A stretch of 32,871 nt of DNA from a virus. Lineage: Duplodnaviria > Heunggongvirae > Uroviricota > Caudoviricetes. Both the position numbers and the translations under genes were made by a program. Positions 32,708-32,871 of this stretch are shown in pieces. The notes below the pieces were generated by a model. The model was not told where the DNA came from, made no database searches, and saw nothing but the letters and a program-made list of their open reading frames with translations. Within the stretch, counting starts at the first letter, position 1; each line of letters starts with the position of its first letter. Where the stretch lies: IMG/VR virus record IMGVR_UViG_3300047281_000124. One strand, written 5' to 3'.

Positions 32708-32871
32708 ATGAATATAGGCATATACTTATTATACTGGAAAGAAGATGATTCTAAAGTATACATAGGAAAATCTACTGATATAAAAAACAGAATTAATAGG
32801 CGTCACTATGGGTTAGCTAATAACAGTCACGAGAACTATAAACTACAAAATATGTATAATAAGTACGGAGA
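32708..32871 (+). CDS. GIY-YIG homing endonuclease-like protein (partial, runs off the window)
   Basis: Hand translation MNIGIYLLYWKEDDSKVYIGKSTDIKNRINRRHYGLANNSHENYKLQNMYNKYG; AAAGGGA RBS. Confidence 0.85.
   Translation, partial: MNIGIYLLYWKEDDSKVYIGKSTDIKNRINRRHYGLANNSHENYKLQNMYNKYG

Noticed and set aside
1-32871. Alternative genetic code or stop-codon reassignment
   Set aside because: All recognisable genes translate to full length with the standard code

Overview
Segment of a lytic tailed phage with T5-like (Demerecviridae-like) organisation; this is inferred from gene order and remembered protein motifs, with no database search. Zone 1 (1-17.6 kb, minus strand) is the virion and packaging module: terS, terL, HNH nuclease, portal, fused prohead protease-major capsid, neck proteins, tail tube, frameshifted tail chaperone, tape measure and a lambda-like tail tip. 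A GIY-YIG gene is inserted in the opposite orientation. Zone 2 (about 17.7-24.3 kb, plus strand) looks like a first-step-transfer/pre-early region: small genes, two A2-like paralogues, a Dmp-like HAD phosphatase, SprT and a DEDDh exonuclease. These are separated by a repeated regulatory cassette (17-bp palindrome plus a covarying hairpin over a leftward sigma70 promoter), and several genes appear leaderless. The zone ends in a largely non-coding 1.5 kb block containing a candidate hammerhead-ribozyme core and a cluster of TTAGGGTC motifs. Zone 3 (24.4-32.6 kb, minus strand) holds early genes: a third A2/D3-like paralogue, metallophosphoesterase, a tandem paralogue family, a stand-alone TOPRIM protein flanked by exact 80-bp repeats, ThyX and a SleB-like hydrolase. 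A second GIY-YIG gene runs off the right edge. No tRNA, rRNA or CRISPR array was recognised. All counts were made by eye.
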